A DNA stretch of 64,000 bases from an uncultured bacterium. Its GTDB lineage: Bacteria > Verrucomicrobiota > Verrucomicrobiia > Limisphaerales > UBA8199. This document shows positions 63,852 to 64,000 of the stretch, piece by piece (the stretch's first letter is position 1; every line of letters starts with the position of its first letter). The notes below the pieces were generated by a model. It was not told where the DNA came from and did not search any database. It was given only the letters and a program-made list of their open reading frames with translations. A program made the translations under genes and the position numbers. The stretch spans positions 320,001 through 384,000 of the forward strand of contig CAVVMW010000001.1 of NCBI GenBank assembly GCA_963749495.1, given 5' to 3'.

Positions 63852-64000
63852 TCGCGGATGACCACGCATTACGGGATCGAGGTCGCCCGCAAGCTCGGCT
63901 ACCAGCTTGCCTACCTGGGCGTGACGGTGGTCAGCGGCGGTGCCCGCGGCATCGATTCGGCGGCGCACCAGGGCGCCCTGGCCGACAAGGGACGCACCAC
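63852..64000 (+). pseudogene. dprA: DNA-processing protein DprA, internal fragment lacking its N-terminus (runs off window end)
   Basis: Not in ORF track. SRMTTHYGIEVARKLGYQLAYLGVTVVSGGARGIDSAAHQGALADKGRT matches the DprA SGxAxGID motif; upstream sequence is repeat DNA. Confidence 0.75.

Overview
High-GC bacterial chromosome segment. Gene content and repeat style suggest a Pedosphaera-like Verrucomicrobiota genome (inference). Housekeeping genes: pduO-type adenosyltransferase (partial), sdhCAB, pyrE, ftsK, nfeD/slipin, dapL, aroQ-accB-accC, a lytic transglycosylase and a 5'-truncated dprA. There are two MoxR AAA+ operons (one BatA/vWA-type, one DUF58-transglutaminase-type) and several secreted proteins. 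sdhB is split by an intact 1888-bp IS4-family element (13-bp TIRs, 11-bp target duplication) that also carries a divergent second ORF and a perfect 20-bp central palindrome. A compositionally distinct island (about 44.85-49.4 kb) encodes a tandem pair of STAND-like P-loop ATPases. The second carries 15 HEAT repeats and no recognisable effector, and the pair lies behind an operator-like inverted repeat. This is the best candidate for an uncharacterised sensing/defence system. Intergenic DNA is dense with 7-bp tandem arrays, 9-bp repeats, REP hairpins and MITEs, including a modular element of 52-bp repeat units separated by variable REP-bearing cassettes. About ten genes are each broken by a single-base indel, most probably sequencing/assembly error. 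No rRNA, tRNA, CRISPR array or prophage was recognised.
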